Source of the DNA: Escherichia virus TH47
Reading direction: 5' to 3' (one strand)
Sequence record: MT446416.1
DNA: 64,000 nucleotides
Below the pieces are notes generated by a model. That model was given only the letters and a program-made list of their open reading frames with translations. It did no database searches and was not told where the DNA came from. Shown here piece after piece: positions 9,447 to 18,648 of this stretch. Position numbers and translations under genes: made by a program. Positions within the stretch are counted from its first letter, which is position 1, and each line of letters begins with the position of its first letter.

Positions 9447-10331
9447 TTATAAATGGCGAATTCTCTGAATCACTTCATCTTGCTTTCCTTTATTGAATGG
9501 GCGACTATTTGGTGCACTAAGATATCCGCTAACTCTTCGAATAACTGACATAGATTTTTCATCTCTATTATTACAAACTGGACAGTGGAAACCGTTTTTA
9601 TCGACGCTGAATTCACCTTCAAAATTACATTTATGACAATGATCAACTGGCTGGTTTATTCCAAAATATGGAATTTTTTCATAGGCATAATTGATTAATG
9701 TTTCAAGTGCTTGAATGTTGTTTGTTAAGTTTGGTGTTTCGACATAGCTAATATTACCACCATTGCTTAGATAAGCAAAGTTTTCCTCATAATCCCACTT
9801 TTCAAAAGCAGAACTTTCAACCCATACTGGTTGATGGAATGAATTTGTAATATAATTACGTTTTAGTACTGAAGGGTACTTAGATTCGATGCAACGTGCA
9901 AATTTGTAGCAAAGTGACTCTGCTGGGGTTCCATATAGACTAAAAGCTATGTTACTCTCTTTTTTGAACTCATCGCATTTAACTTTCATATAATTCAGTA
10001 CTGACATACAAAACTCCTTACTGATAGAACCAGTGAGGATTTCTGAACATTCAACAAGTCCAACATAACCAATACTAATACTAGCATAACCATTGTAAAA
10101 TAGTTTGTCAATAGTTTCTTCTGCACCTAAACGTGCTAATGCACCTTCCATGAACAAAATTGGATTCTGTTTCGCTTTAGTGCCTTTTAAACGCTCTACA
10201 CGGTTCATCTGAGCACGATATGCAATATTCATATGCTCATCTATCTTATCAAAAAACTCTCCATCTGAGGCACTTTCAAGAGCAATTAACGGTAGGTTGA
10301 TTGAGACAACCATTTGTACCTTCACTTTCAT
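9447..10331 (-). CDS. nrdD: anaerobic ribonucleoside-triphosphate reductase, C-terminal exon (ORF extends into the intron; true exon probably begins near 10310)
   Basis: C-terminal zinc ribbon CHKCNFEG...CPVCNN followed by the glycyl-radical motif RRVSGYL; the first codons (MKVKVQM) are probably intron sequence. Confidence 0.8.
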   Translation of the reverse strand: MKVKVQMVVSINLPLIALESASDGEFFDKIDEHMNIAYRAQMNRVERLKGTKAKQNPILFMEGALARLGAEETIDKLFYNGYASISIGYVGLVECSEILTGSISKEFCMSVLNYMKVKCDEFKKESNIAFSLYGTPAESLCYKFARCIESKYPSVLKRNYITNSFHQPVWVESSAFEKWDYEENFAYLSNGGNISYVETPNLTNNIQALETLINYAYEKIPYFGINQPVDHCHKCNFEGEFSVDKNGFHCPVCNNRDEKSMSVIRRVSGYLSAPNSRPFNKGKQDEVIQRIRHL

Positions 10332-10354
10332 GAAGGATTAGAGTACACCATACT

Positions 10355-11194
10355 CTAACGAAGAGGAAATGACATATAACCAAGTTTATTTGATAGTTCT
10401 TTATATCCAGAACCGTTATTGATATTTGCAACAGTTTTTCTTCCTACATTTAAACATTTTGCAATTTCGGAATAATTTTTATCTGTATTAATTAGCATAT
10501 CAATAATCTTAGAAACTGTTTTAATAGAATGACGTTTTGATGAATTTTGTGGTTTAAAAATTGGGTATTCAAGTGATTTATTTCGATAGATTACTCCATT
10601 ATTAACATTACAAATGGTGACATTTGAAACATTATATATTTTTGCAATTTCTATACTAGAAACACCATTTCTTAATAACTCATAAATTGAATCTATATTA
10701 TCTTCAATCTTATTTCTTTTGTTATCTCTAATAGGGTATGTTTCATTTATTTGATACCAAGTTTCGCCACAATTTATATCACTAACACAGCCGTATGGGA
10801 CATTTAAAGTTTTTGCTATTTCTACAAATGAAAGATCTTTATGTGATTTGATATATTCTATAATTTTGATAGCATCAATTTCAGTTATTTTACTTCCATT
10901 GAAGGTTTGGTTACCACCTAATGTTGAGTTGTAACCATTCTTATAACTATCATAAATTTCAATATATTTTATTTCTTCATCATTAAGATTATTTAAATCA
11001 ATATTAGTTTTTAAAATTTGAAATGTAAAATTTTCAAAGCCAAATTTTTTAATAGCTTTACTAATACATGATTTTTCATCATTGTTGTTACAGTGTTCCA
11101 CCCATCTTTTCATCGGTGGATATAAAACAGTTTGTCCAATATAAACTTTATTAGTTACTATACACTCTATTTTATATATGCTTCCTTTTCTCAT
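10355..11194 (-). CDS. intron-encoded GIY-YIG homing endonuclease (I-TevII-like)
   Basis: N-terminal IYKIECIVTNKVYIGQT...W..H GIY-YIG motif; GGAGGA Shine-Dalgarno; lies inside the nrdD interruption. Confidence 0.75.
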   Translation of the reverse strand: MRKGSIYKIECIVTNKVYIGQTVLYPPMKRWVEHCNNNDEKSCISKAIKKFGFENFTFQILKTNIDLNNLNDEEIKYIEIYDSYKNGYNSTLGGNQTFNGSKITEIDAIKIIEYIKSHKDLSFVEIAKTLNVPYGCVSDINCGETWYQINETYPIRDNKRNKIEDNIDSIYELLRNGVSSIEIAKIYNVSNVTICNVNNGVIYRNKSLEYPIFKPQNSSKRHSIKTVSKIIDMLINTDKNYSEIAKCLNVGRKTVANINNGSGYKELSNKLGYMSFPLR

Positions 11195-11218
11195 TATATA
11201 TCCTCCATAAAATATTAT

Positions 11219-11226
11219 TTATGGAA
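11219..11226 (-). promoter_or_regulatory. candidate late-type promoter (CATAAATA) inside the intron, upstream of the homing endonuclease ORF
   Basis: Minus-strand CATAAATA about 24 nt upstream of the endonuclease ATG; same variant as upstream of the tail-fibre operon. Confidence 0.25.
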
Positions 11227-11456
11227 GTTTTAATATTAGAGTCACGTATTATACTCGTTGAACCTTCCACCATTCTAAAATGATAGCTTGGCTGCTGATT
11301 TCCCATTTTTTGTGCATATGAACTGATTTACAACTTTTCATATATCCATAATTCTTTTTTCTACTCTCGTAACATTCACGTTTATCTATTAAGATTGCGT
11401 TGTAGTGATTATGGCTTTAGGGGGTTCCAGCATGTTAACGTGTTTGCTATTACTGC

Positions 11457-12452
11457 TCACGCAGCAAAGGGGCATGTATGTCTACCCAAGTTGAAACGAC
11501 CGTTATATTGCTCATTTCCATTTGAATCTTCCCATTTTCCTAAGAATGAACGACAGCCCATCGGTGTTACAGCAGTGCTATTACTTCCCGTCACTTTGTG
11601 ATTTAATGGAACTGAAACAAAGTCTGGGTAGATTCTCTTCGATGCACAACGCATTGCCAACTGTTTCATGTCATAGTTGCAATCATCGCTATTCATGTTG
11701 ATTCCGTCCTGTAAAAAGAAAATTACTTTAGGAAACACTGGAGTAATCTTATCTTTGCCTAAACCATTCTCATGTACTTTTAAGTACTGTTCAGTGATTA
11801 ATTTGCCAAATTTTGAAGTATTCAGTCCTAAACTAAGAGAAATGAATGCTGCTTGTCCGTTTGTACTAATCATTGAATTTGTCTGGTAAAGTAAGGTTTG
11901 ACACCCATCATAGACTTCTTTTCGTAATTCTTCCTCAATGTATTCAGTACTGAGATTATATGCCTTTTGCTTCGCTAATAGCTTATCCCACGACTTTTGG
12001 ACGTAAGGTTCAAGACCAACGTCAATATGAGCCAATGATTGACCACCGTACTGGGAACTAGCAACAGCCTGAACAATTTGTGTCAGTACTGTACATGCTA
12101 CACTAAAACTCTTTGGTTCTTCAATTTTTGCACAACCAATGGTAAATCCATTTTTTAGCATATCTGGGTAGTTAACCAAGCAACAGTTAGTTAATGGGCT
12201 GATATAGTAGTCTAAATCATGAATGTGACCATAACCATCATTATGCCACTGCATTAGCTCCTTTGGAATAACATCTTGTGAATAATGTTTAGATAGGATA
12301 CCAGCAAGTAAATCCCTGTGTGTATTGACGCATTTCGCATCTTTGTTTGCATTTTCATTTGTAAGATCAGTATTGCTCTGATTTAGGAAATTTGTTACGT
12401 CAGTATATAATTTATCTAATTGCATTTTACTTTCCTTGTATTTTGAAATCAT
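11457..12452 (-). CDS. nrdD: anaerobic ribonucleoside-triphosphate reductase, N-terminal exon (ORF reads through into the intron; 5' splice site probably near 11484)
   Basis: ...PMGCRSFLGKWEDSNGNEQYNGRFNLG; continuity with the downstream exon ORF; the last 8 codons (RHTCPFAA) are probably intronic. Confidence 0.8.
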   Translation of the reverse strand: MISKYKESKMQLDKLYTDVTNFLNQSNTDLTNENANKDAKCVNTHRDLLAGILSKHYSQDVIPKELMQWHNDGYGHIHDLDYYISPLTNCCLVNYPDMLKNGFTIGCAKIEEPKSFSVACTVLTQIVQAVASSQYGGQSLAHIDVGLEPYVQKSWDKLLAKQKAYNLSTEYIEEELRKEVYDGCQTLLYQTNSMISTNGQAAFISLSLGLNTSKFGKLITEQYLKVHENGLGKDKITPVFPKVIFFLQDGINMNSDDCNYDMKQLAMRCASKRIYPDFVSVPLNHKVTGSNSTAVTPMGCRSFLGKWEDSNGNEQYNGRFNLGRHTCPFAA

Positions 12453-12563
12453 CTGGGGGTGAAGTTATTTAACATCACCAGACACCATTATAGCGTCAGA
12501 ACAGGGTATTTCTCTTGATCTATATCAAGGAAAGGTCACATTGCTTTTTATTTGCACAAATAG

Positions 12564-12584
12564 AAAAAGCACCTCTAGGGTGCT
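12564..12584 (-). terminator. rho-independent terminator
   Basis: AGCACC-loop-GGTGCT hairpin followed on the minus strand by TTTTT; between the small ORFs and the nrdD start. Confidence 0.5.
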
Positions 12585-12701
12585 TTAAAGTACTGCTAAT
12601 ATAAAAACTGCCCAAATTAGCAGTACTACATTGGTTGGAGCGGCAAAAAACATATATGCAGCAAGTGCACTGCATCCGATTACAAGTTTAGCTAGTCTCA
12701 T
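12585..12701 (-). CDS. small hydrophobic peptide (38 aa, MRLAKLVIGCSALAAYMFFAAPTNVVLLIWAVFILAVL)
   Basis: Not in the ORF track (below its size cutoff); ATG at 12699-12701; two predicted hydrophobic segments; contains a perfect 12-bp inverted repeat; a terminator follows immediately. Confidence 0.25.
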   Translation of the reverse strand: MRLAKLVIGCSALAAYMFFAAPTNVVLLIWAVFILAVL

Positions 12702-12873
12702 CTGGACTCCATGTAATAGTCACAGTAAATGTGCCTTCTTGGAAACCAAACTCATCTTGTGGGATTTGTCCAGCTAATGGGTTAAATCTTGAATCGAATG
12801 CTTCATGTACGTCTCGCTGAATATCATAGAGACTTTCACCATCGTATTCTTTTTTAAAGATTTCATTCTGCAT
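12688..12873 (-). CDS. hypothetical protein (61 aa)
   Basis: Minus-strand ORF in an operon-like array. Confidence 0.4.
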   Translation of the reverse strand: MQNEIFKKEYDGESLYDIQRDVHEAFDSRFNPLAGQIPQDEFGFQEGTFTVTITWSPDETS

Positions 12874-13273
12874 TTATACGTACCGACCCTCGTATTCTGT
12901 CTGGATATCCATCAAATAGATCAATGAATTGGTTTAACGCATAAGTACTGAAGAATGGATTATTCTTTGCAATTTCTATGCGTTTTTCAATATCCATTAA
13001 TATAATCTCTGGTCTACTGAAATTACCTTTACGTCTATATGTTAGTAAACGCTCTTTGTGTCCTCTGAACTGAAATTCAAAATATGTTGATGATGTGTAA
13101 TCACTTCCATCAGGAATCGGAATTGAAAAATCAACATTGTACTTATAACCAATTGCGAAAAAATAACCACCATCTTCTAACGGTATAGTTGCATCATTTA
13201 GATGAAAATCGATTTCATCTCCTAACATATCAAATATTTTGGTACTTAGAGACATAAAATCATCGACTAACAT
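12863..13273 (-). CDS. hypothetical protein
   Basis: 136-aa ORF, packed with neighbours. Confidence 0.5.
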   Translation of the reverse strand: MLVDDFMSLSTKIFDMLGDEIDFHLNDATIPLEDGGYFFAIGYKYNVDFSIPIPDGSDYTSSTYFEFQFRGHKERLLTYRRKGNFSRPEIILMDIEKRIEIAKNNPFFSTYALNQFIDLFDGYPDRIRGSVRINAE

Positions 13274-13284
13274 GTCTTTTTACC

Positions 13285-13503
13285 TTATCTTATAACTCGA
13301 CAGTAGTACTGAATAATGTAAGGAAATAAAGGATTATTTACGTATGTTGCAAAATTAGCTATTGTAACTTTTTTATAGTAAAAGTTGTGAATTGTTATAA
13401 TAGTGTGAGGATCTATTGAATCTCTATTAGAGAGTTCAACATAACGCCCACACTTCATATAAGCCTTACCATAATAATCGTAAATTATATCGTATTTTTC
13501 CAT
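13285..13503 (-). CDS. hypothetical protein
   Basis: 72-aa ORF. Confidence 0.45.
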   Translation of the reverse strand: MEKYDIIYDYYGKAYMKCGRYVELSNRDSIDPHTIITIHNFYYKKVTIANFATYVNNPLFPYIIQYYCRVIR

Positions 13504-13863
13504 TTACTCAGGATCTTTATTTTTATCAACTGTGTTGTTTTTATTCAAATCAATTTGCAAAGCCATTGCAGCTTCAGCATTTTCTTCATGTGTACCATTG
13601 AATTTATACCCATTCTTGATGAGATTCACTGTGTAGTACTTATTATAAAGAAATGCCCATACGATCATGGCAATAGAACCTACAATCCAAAAAGACACTG
13701 CGTTTAGGATGAAGTAAATTACAAATGCACCGATAAACGTAATAAAGTCACCACGGAACAATGCAGGGAAAGGTCCAAAAAATAATGTGGTCCAAGAAAA
13801 ACCATAGAAGCCATCTTTTCGTTGTCCTACCTTTTCATTTTTTAAAGAAATTGTTTTAGCCAT
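13504..13863 (-). CDS. small membrane protein
   Basis: Two hydrophobic helices (FITFIGAFVIYFILNAVSFWIVGSIAMIVWAF). Confidence 0.55.
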   Translation of the reverse strand: MAKTISLKNEKVGQRKDGFYGFSWTTLFFGPFPALFRGDFITFIGAFVIYFILNAVSFWIVGSIAMIVWAFLYNKYYTVNLIKNGYKFNGTHEENAEAAMALQIDLNKNNTVDKNKDPE

Positions 13864-13872
13864 TTTAATCTC

Positions 13873-14097
13873 CTACTTATTATTTGAGTTTGGAATACAG
13901 TACACAAATACTAGATTACTAAAGTGTTCAGTACTAGAATATTTTGCTAAATCTGTTATATGGAAGTTGACATCTTTGAATTTACCATTCTCATATGTCG
14001 TTATTTGTAAACAGTGTGTGGGTCTGAAAATATAAAAATAAAATATATCATCTTCAGTCACAACTGTATGGTTTTGGTAGCGTTCGATTTTCTTCAT
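13873..14097 (-). CDS. hypothetical protein
   Basis: Start moved to the ATG at 14095-14097 (MKKIERY...), which makes an ATGA overlap with the stop of the upstream gene. Confidence 0.45.
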   Translation of the reverse strand: MKKIERYQNHTVVTEDDIFYFYIFRPTHCLQITTYENGKFKDVNFHITDLAKYSSTEHFSNLVFVYCIPNSNNK

Positions 14098-14462
14098 GTA
14101 TGAATAATTTCTTTGACCCCATATTCCAGAATTGCCAACGTACAAATCTCACAAGGCTTGGCAGAAACGGGAATTCCATCTTTACTAACCCGTGCAATTA
14201 ATAATGTGTGAACATCAGCCCTTGCTGCGAGTAAACAGCTTATTTCAGCATGTAACCATATTGCATCATTTCTTCCAGCTTTAACTGCAAAGTTTTTCTG
14301 CTTAGGGTGAGTCCGTGTATAAGAATTGGTGCGAGTTGCCAGTACTCGACCTTTTTTATCAAGTGCACGAGCAATAATACGATACCGTTTATAATTACCT
14401 ACTTGTTCAATCGGTGGCATCTGGCGTAATTCTTCGATTAGTTTCTCCAATTTACTATTCAT
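14094..14462 (-). CDS. small zinc-dependent deaminase-like protein (CDA fold)
   Basis: HAE ... PCEIC zinc-binding signature of cytidine/dCMP deaminase superfamily; only 122 aa. Confidence 0.55.
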   Translation of the reverse strand: MNSKLEKLIEELRQMPPIEQVGNYKRYRIIARALDKKGRVLATRTNSYTRTHPKQKNFAVKAGRNDAIWLHAEISCLLAARADVHTLLIARVSKDGIPVSAKPCEICTLAILEYGVKEIIHT

Positions 14463-15085
14463 AAGTCTAAGTCTATACCCTTTTCAATAGATTTCTCTAG
14501 AACCCAAAGTTTACATTCTTCACTCTCCAAATGCATCTTTGCCTCTTTCTGTTGTTCTATTGTACAATACTTTATAAATTCACGCAAGGCTTCTATTGTA
14601 CTTTTTATATTTTTTATGTCTTCGAGAATTGTTTCTTTGGCTTCGGCATCAATTACAGATGAACTCCACCCGTGACGTTCTTCCCAAACTGTTTTTGTTG
14701 GATTGTAAATTGATGATGTAGAAATGACCACATGGATCTTATTAAACGTATCGTCTGCTTCTTGTTGGGTGTAATCACCATAAGTGTTTAGCACATTTTT
14801 GTATAGTTCATCGATTGCCTCATCATAAGTATCACCACCGCAATCTAACTCATAATCATGTGCTTGTACCCATTCATCATCTTGCTCAATGTACATAGGT
14901 GAGATGAATTCTACCCAAAATTGTGTCTTTGTATTCAGAGCTTTAAATGATTCAATGCGGTTTGTGATTGGACACACATCATGTGGTTCGATATCAATCC
15001 TTGGGGGAACCATATCTCTGTTGATGAATTTAGGATGGCCCAAAATCCACCAGTACTTTTCTGATGTAGTCATAGTAATCTCCAA
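14459..15085 (-). CDS. hypothetical protein
   Basis: 208-aa ORF. Confidence 0.55.
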   Translation of the reverse strand: MEITMTTSEKYWWILGHPKFINRDMVPPRIDIEPHDVCPITNRIESFKALNTKTQFWVEFISPMYIEQDDEWVQAHDYELDCGGDTYDEAIDELYKNVLNTYGDYTQQEADDTFNKIHVVISTSSIYNPTKTVWEERHGWSSSVIDAEAKETILEDIKNIKSTIEALREFIKYCTIEQQKEAKMHLESEECKLWVLEKSIEKGIDLDL

Positions 15086-15119
15086 TTAAAAAGTACCGCC
15101 CACTGTGGCAGTACTGATA

Positions 15120-15479
15120 TTAAATGTAACGTTTCTTTTTATAATCATACCCTACTGCTTTGTAAAAGTCAAACAACGAAGCATGTTCAAATGTAGGTAA
15201 TAGATCATATGGGTGCTGATAGTTCGCAATACCAACAACTGTCAGCATCGTTTCAGACGTTCGTGTGTTATCACTATCCCATTCATCTAAACGCCAAAGT
15301 GAGCAAAGTACCTCTCGTTCATGTTGCTTACCCAGAAAGAATTCAGCTTCACGGTCACGAAATGCACCTACACTGATAGTACTTTTGTACCAGTCTTCTT
15401 CACCATAAGCTGGCATACGGATAATGTGTTTTTCTTGAGCTTCACCAAAGCGATGAAGAAATGCCACATAATCACTCAT
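15120..15479 (-). CDS. hypothetical protein
   Basis: 119-aa ORF. Confidence 0.5.
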   Translation of the reverse strand: MSDYVAFLHRFGEAQEKHIIRMPAYGEEDWYKSTISVGAFRDREAEFFLGKQHEREVLCSLWRLDEWDSDNTRTSETMLTVVGIANYQHPYDLLPTFEHASLFDFYKAVGYDYKKKRYI

Positions 15480-15646
15480 AATTTATAACCCATTACAGGT
15501 TTGGTATGATCCGGTTCGTAAGACTTTTCAGTACTGAACCCTCTGAAATTACCACGACCTGGCTTCGGACAAGCCATCCCTTCTACACCGTGCTTACCCT
15601 GAACCTTTCCGCAGTTTTTGCATTTGTATCCAATAACTTCTTTCAT
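15476..15646 (-). CDS. small zinc-ribbon protein (56 aa, MKEVIGYKCKNCGKVQGKHGVEGMACPKPGRG...)
   Basis: Not in the ORF track; CxxC...CP cysteine pairs; start and stop overlap both neighbours (translational coupling). Confidence 0.35.
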   Translation of the reverse strand: MKEVIGYKCKNCGKVQGKHGVEGMACPKPGRGNFRGFSTEKSYEPDHTKPVMGYKL

Positions 15647-15876
15647 TGTGCATCCTTTGGAATAGTGTTAAGGCGTGTACGGTTTACAATCTTCCTGCAC
15701 ATGAGATTAAGATCTTGCCCATGACGCATCTCATGGCAAGCATACAATGTGCCATCATAGTTAAGTTTAGTCAAATTCTGTCGAATGAACTCTGCATCAG
15801 CCTCCTGAACTTTAGGTGCACAACCACAGAGAGTAATGGATACAAATATTGTTAATGTAATGAATATATTTTTCAT
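15643..15876 (-). CDS. small secreted or lipoprotein-like protein
   Basis: Start moved to the ATG at 15874-15876 (track start is GTG); MKNIFITLTIFVSITLCGC signal-peptide-like N-terminus. Confidence 0.45.
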   Translation of the reverse strand: MKNIFITLTIFVSITLCGCAPKVQEADAEFIRQNLTKLNYDGTLYACHEMRHGQDLNLMCRKIVNRTRLNTIPKDAQ

Positions 15877-15886
15877 GATATTTTTC

Positions 15887-16327
15887 TCATTTTGGGCTAT
15901 AACCACTTTTAATTTTAGAAATTACTTTCTTCTCGAAGAACTTACGTGCTTCTTCAATAGTTTTGAATTCTTCACCATCTGTGGTACTGCTTTTACCAAT
16001 AGCACCATACTCAATAATTACTTCACACACTGGAGCATTCAATTCAATATTATAGAATTTGTTTGAAGAACCGTGAACATATTCCAAATGTACATTATCA
16101 GGAATGTTCTGCACATAATCATAGTTCTTGAAGATAATATCAATCATATTTTCTTCACCGCGTTCAGGAAATAGTTCAGTATTATTCAGTACTAAACGCT
16201 GTGCAGCACGGAACATATCAAAATATCGTTCGCCTTTTTTCAGTTCTTTTATATCAGAACAGAAATGACCATAGTATTCTACATAATCATTCCAAGGATA
16301 AATTCCTTCATCAGCAGTTTCAAACAC
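15887..16327 (-). CDS. hypothetical protein
   Basis: 146-aa ORF. Confidence 0.5.
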   Translation of the reverse strand: MFETADEGIYPWNDYVEYYGHFCSDIKELKKGERYFDMFRAAQRLVLNNTELFPERGEENMIDIIFKNYDYVQNIPDNVHLEYVHGSSNKFYNIELNAPVCEVIIEYGAIGKSSTTDGEEFKTIEEARKFFEKKVISKIKSGYSPK

Positions 16328-16349
16328 GTAAGTTTCATCTTGTGGAACT

Positions 16350-16883
16350 TTAAAACCACGAGTTTTTTGGATGAGAAATTAAGCACAGTGAAATATTATG
16401 ACCTATATCTGAATCATCAGTAATACTACCACCAACCATATGAACAACATTTTTAATAATTTTAAAATCTACATCTTCAATAATTTTAAAATCTACATCT
16501 TCAATATCATGATACATTAAATGTTCTTCAATATTACTTACTAGTAATGAATTACCATTTCCGGCATCGAATTCAAAAATGAAAAGTTCTACACAATCTT
16601 CTTCTTTCATTTCAATAGTATCACTGAGTTTAATATACTCATTTTTTACTTGTTCAATATTTTCATGAGAACCAAAACTATAACGAGAACTGATATAACT
16701 ACTACCGTCTAACCATCCCATATCCCAATGTTCTTCTGACATGTATTCGGAGCTATAGAAATCAGTCAAATCATCTCTCTGAGTACAAACAGTAAGAGAA
16801 CGAACATTACTAAGACCTTGAACTTCAAGATTCAGTACTGTAGTATTGCCTATTTTTTGTTCAGAAATAATTTTAGTTTTCAT
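16350..16883 (-). CDS. hypothetical protein containing an in-frame 8-aa tandem duplication (IEDVDFKI x2)
   Basis: 177-aa ORF; holds the 24-bp tandem repeat at 16457-16504. Confidence 0.5.
   Translation of the reverse strand: MKTKIISEQKIGNTTVLNLEVQGLSNVRSLTVCTQRDDLTDFYSSEYMSEEHWDMGWLDGSSYISSRYSFGSHENIEQVKNEYIKLSDTIEMKEEDCVELFIFEFDAGNGNSLLVSNIEEHLMYHDIEDVDFKIIEDVDFKIIKNVVHMVGGSITDDSDIGHNISLCLISHPKNSWF
16457..16504. repeat. perfect 24-bp tandem duplication (TAATTTTAAAATCTACATCTTCAA x2)
   Basis: Read directly; in-frame within the 16350-16883 CDS. Confidence 0.9.
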
Positions 16884-16894
16884 TAAAAAAAAAC

Positions 16895-17734
16895 CTATTG
16901 AATTGATTTACGCCATTTGGCTAGTTTAACATTCATGTAAGTAAGGAACTCACGTTCCATCTCTTCTGGACTCATATTATCGCATTGCAAAGCGAACATG
17001 TCAAGTGCACAAATGCAAAGATCTACAGCTTCACCTTTGACACCATCTTTACCTGCTTCTTTATATGATAACCCATCACGGATGTTCATTTCAAGTGTCA
17101 TTTCACCAAGTTCTTCATTTATTTTACGAAGAACATAATCATCAGTTCTTGACGCATCGAAACCTTTAGCACCAAGCATTGAACTCATTTGGAACATATT
17201 ATTCAGTGCTGGTTGGCTGAAATCAATATCATTGATATTAGTAAGAGTTCTTCCCCAAGTAGGATTGGTATTGTATGGTGAAAGTTCTAAGTCAACAGAA
17301 TCAGTTAATTCAACATTTGTGGTCTTACTATTGAAATCATTAATTGCTTTAAGTTCATTCTTAGAACAACAATCTTTGAAATTATTAATATCTAAATCAT
17401 ATCGTTGAAGTGCTTGCTGTAATTCATCAATCCTACGTTGGTGCTTATCAGTATCTTTATGATTCTTATAAGCATATGCTAGACGATAAATCAATAGACG
17501 AACTTCACCTGCTTTGGTGATAGTATAGGTATGTGTTGCATTATCATAATCACTTTCCCATTTCTGACCAGCATATTCATACCAAAGTTCATTAGTTTCC
17601 CATTTAATGAAATCGAATTCTAACAAACTGTCAATCAACTTAGCCAAATTACCACTGTACTCACGGCTAATGATATTGAAACCACCATTGTACTTTGCAA
17701 GGTACAGAATCTTTTCTTGTGATACATTTTTCAT
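16895..17734 (-). CDS. protein with a C-terminal all-alpha NTP-pyrophosphohydrolase-like region (MazG / T4 gp56 dCTPase-like)
   Basis: C-terminal INEELGEM...GEAVDL...MSPEEME pattern resembles the EExGE motifs of MazG/gp56-type enzymes; the first 180 aa are unassigned. Confidence 0.4.
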   Translation of the reverse strand: MKNVSQEKILYLAKYNGGFNIISREYSGNLAKLIDSLLEFDFIKWETNELWYEYAGQKWESDYDNATHTYTITKAGEVRLLIYRLAYAYKNHKDTDKHQRRIDELQQALQRYDLDINNFKDCCSKNELKAINDFNSKTTNVELTDSVDLELSPYNTNPTWGRTLTNINDIDFSQPALNNMFQMSSMLGAKGFDASRTDDYVLRKINEELGEMTLEMNIRDGLSYKEAGKDGVKGEAVDLCICALDMFALQCDNMSPEEMEREFLTYMNVKLAKWRKSIQ

Positions 17735-18063
17735 TACATGTAATCCTTAATGTATTTTAGCAGTTTAGATTTCTCTTCGGTACTTAATGATTTCTTGTTC
17801 ATTAAGTGTTTCATTTCTTGACGTTCAATTTCTTCACATCTTTTAGATTCAGCTTCAATTCGTGTATTATATTCTTCGTCAGTTTCTTCTCTGGTCCAAA
17901 TTACATTGTATCCATCGAATCCTCCGTAACCACCGTCTGGTGAAAGACTAATGTATCCCTTGTACTCTGAACGGTACTTATTAAGAGTGTCAATAAAGGT
18001 ATCAATGCCACACTGTTCAATTTCAATATAACCAATCACTACAGCAACTTCAATTTTGTTCAT
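17734..18063 (-). CDS. hypothetical protein
   Basis: 109-aa ORF. Confidence 0.5.
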   Translation of the reverse strand: MNKIEVAVVIGYIEIEQCGIDTFIDTLNKYRSEYKGYISLSPDGGYGGFDGYNVIWTREETDEEYNTRIEAESKRCEEIERQEMKHLMNKKSLSTEEKSKLLKYIKDYM

Positions 18064-18090
18064 AATATACCTATATAAAAATAGGGAGCA

Positions 18091-18648
18091 TTAGCTCCCT
18101 TTGTATTGATGTTTACGTTTAGTACTGTATTTCCAGCCAGTACTGTGTCTTGTTCTGATATCGTCCCAATACGATGGTAGTGAACGCATCTTACGTCTTC
18201 CACGTATTTCAGGTTCCCCCTCATCCTTCAGTACTGCACAAGCCATACGACGCTCTTGTTGGGTCTTAGGACGTTTGTATCGGGAGTGGTTATGTTTGTA
18301 CATATACGAACGCTTGTGTCGCCATTCAGTGTCACGAGCATTTCGTTTATGCTCCCAGTACTCATTATAGAGTATCATGTATTCACCCATAAGTAAATCA
18401 GGAGATACAAGTAATCCTTTTTCAGTACAAAGATAATAACCTACGAACTTTTCTGGATACATTTCGTAATAGAAACGGTTCTTCCAAAATGTTTCACGAT
18501 TCTTTTTGTTGAATTCAGCTAAATCGAATTTCATCTTACTGTGGAAACGGTCTATACCGTCATGTTCCGCAATGTACTCTAACAGATTATCAATAATCTC
18601 AACTTTACCTGAATCATGGTACAACGTAAATGTTTGGTCAAAAAACAT
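18091..18648 (-). CDS. hypothetical protein (basic C-terminus)
   Basis: 185-aa ORF. Confidence 0.5.
   Translation of the reverse strand: MFFDQTFTLYHDSGKVEIIDNLLEYIAEHDGIDRFHSKMKFDLAEFNKKNRETFWKNRFYYEMYPEKFVGYYLCTEKGLLVSPDLLMGEYMILYNEYWEHKRNARDTEWRHKRSYMYKHNHSRYKRPKTQQERRMACAVLKDEGEPEIRGRRKMRSLPSYWDDIRTRHSTGWKYSTKRKHQYKGS

Larger units (their letters stand above)
10311..11483 (-). mobile_element. group I intron interrupting nrdD, carrying a GIY-YIG homing endonuclease ORF (boundaries approximate)
   Basis: nrdD is split into two ORFs with GRFNLG | VVSINLP continuity across about 1.17 kb; the insert holds a GIY-YIG ORF; same arrangement as the T4 nrdD (sunY) intron; the intron interior has no AGTACT. 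Confidence 0.6.

Noticed and set aside
16457-16504. CRISPR array
   Set aside because: Only two directly adjacent 24-bp copies with no spacers, in frame within a coding sequence; no other repeat-spacer structure seen in the window.
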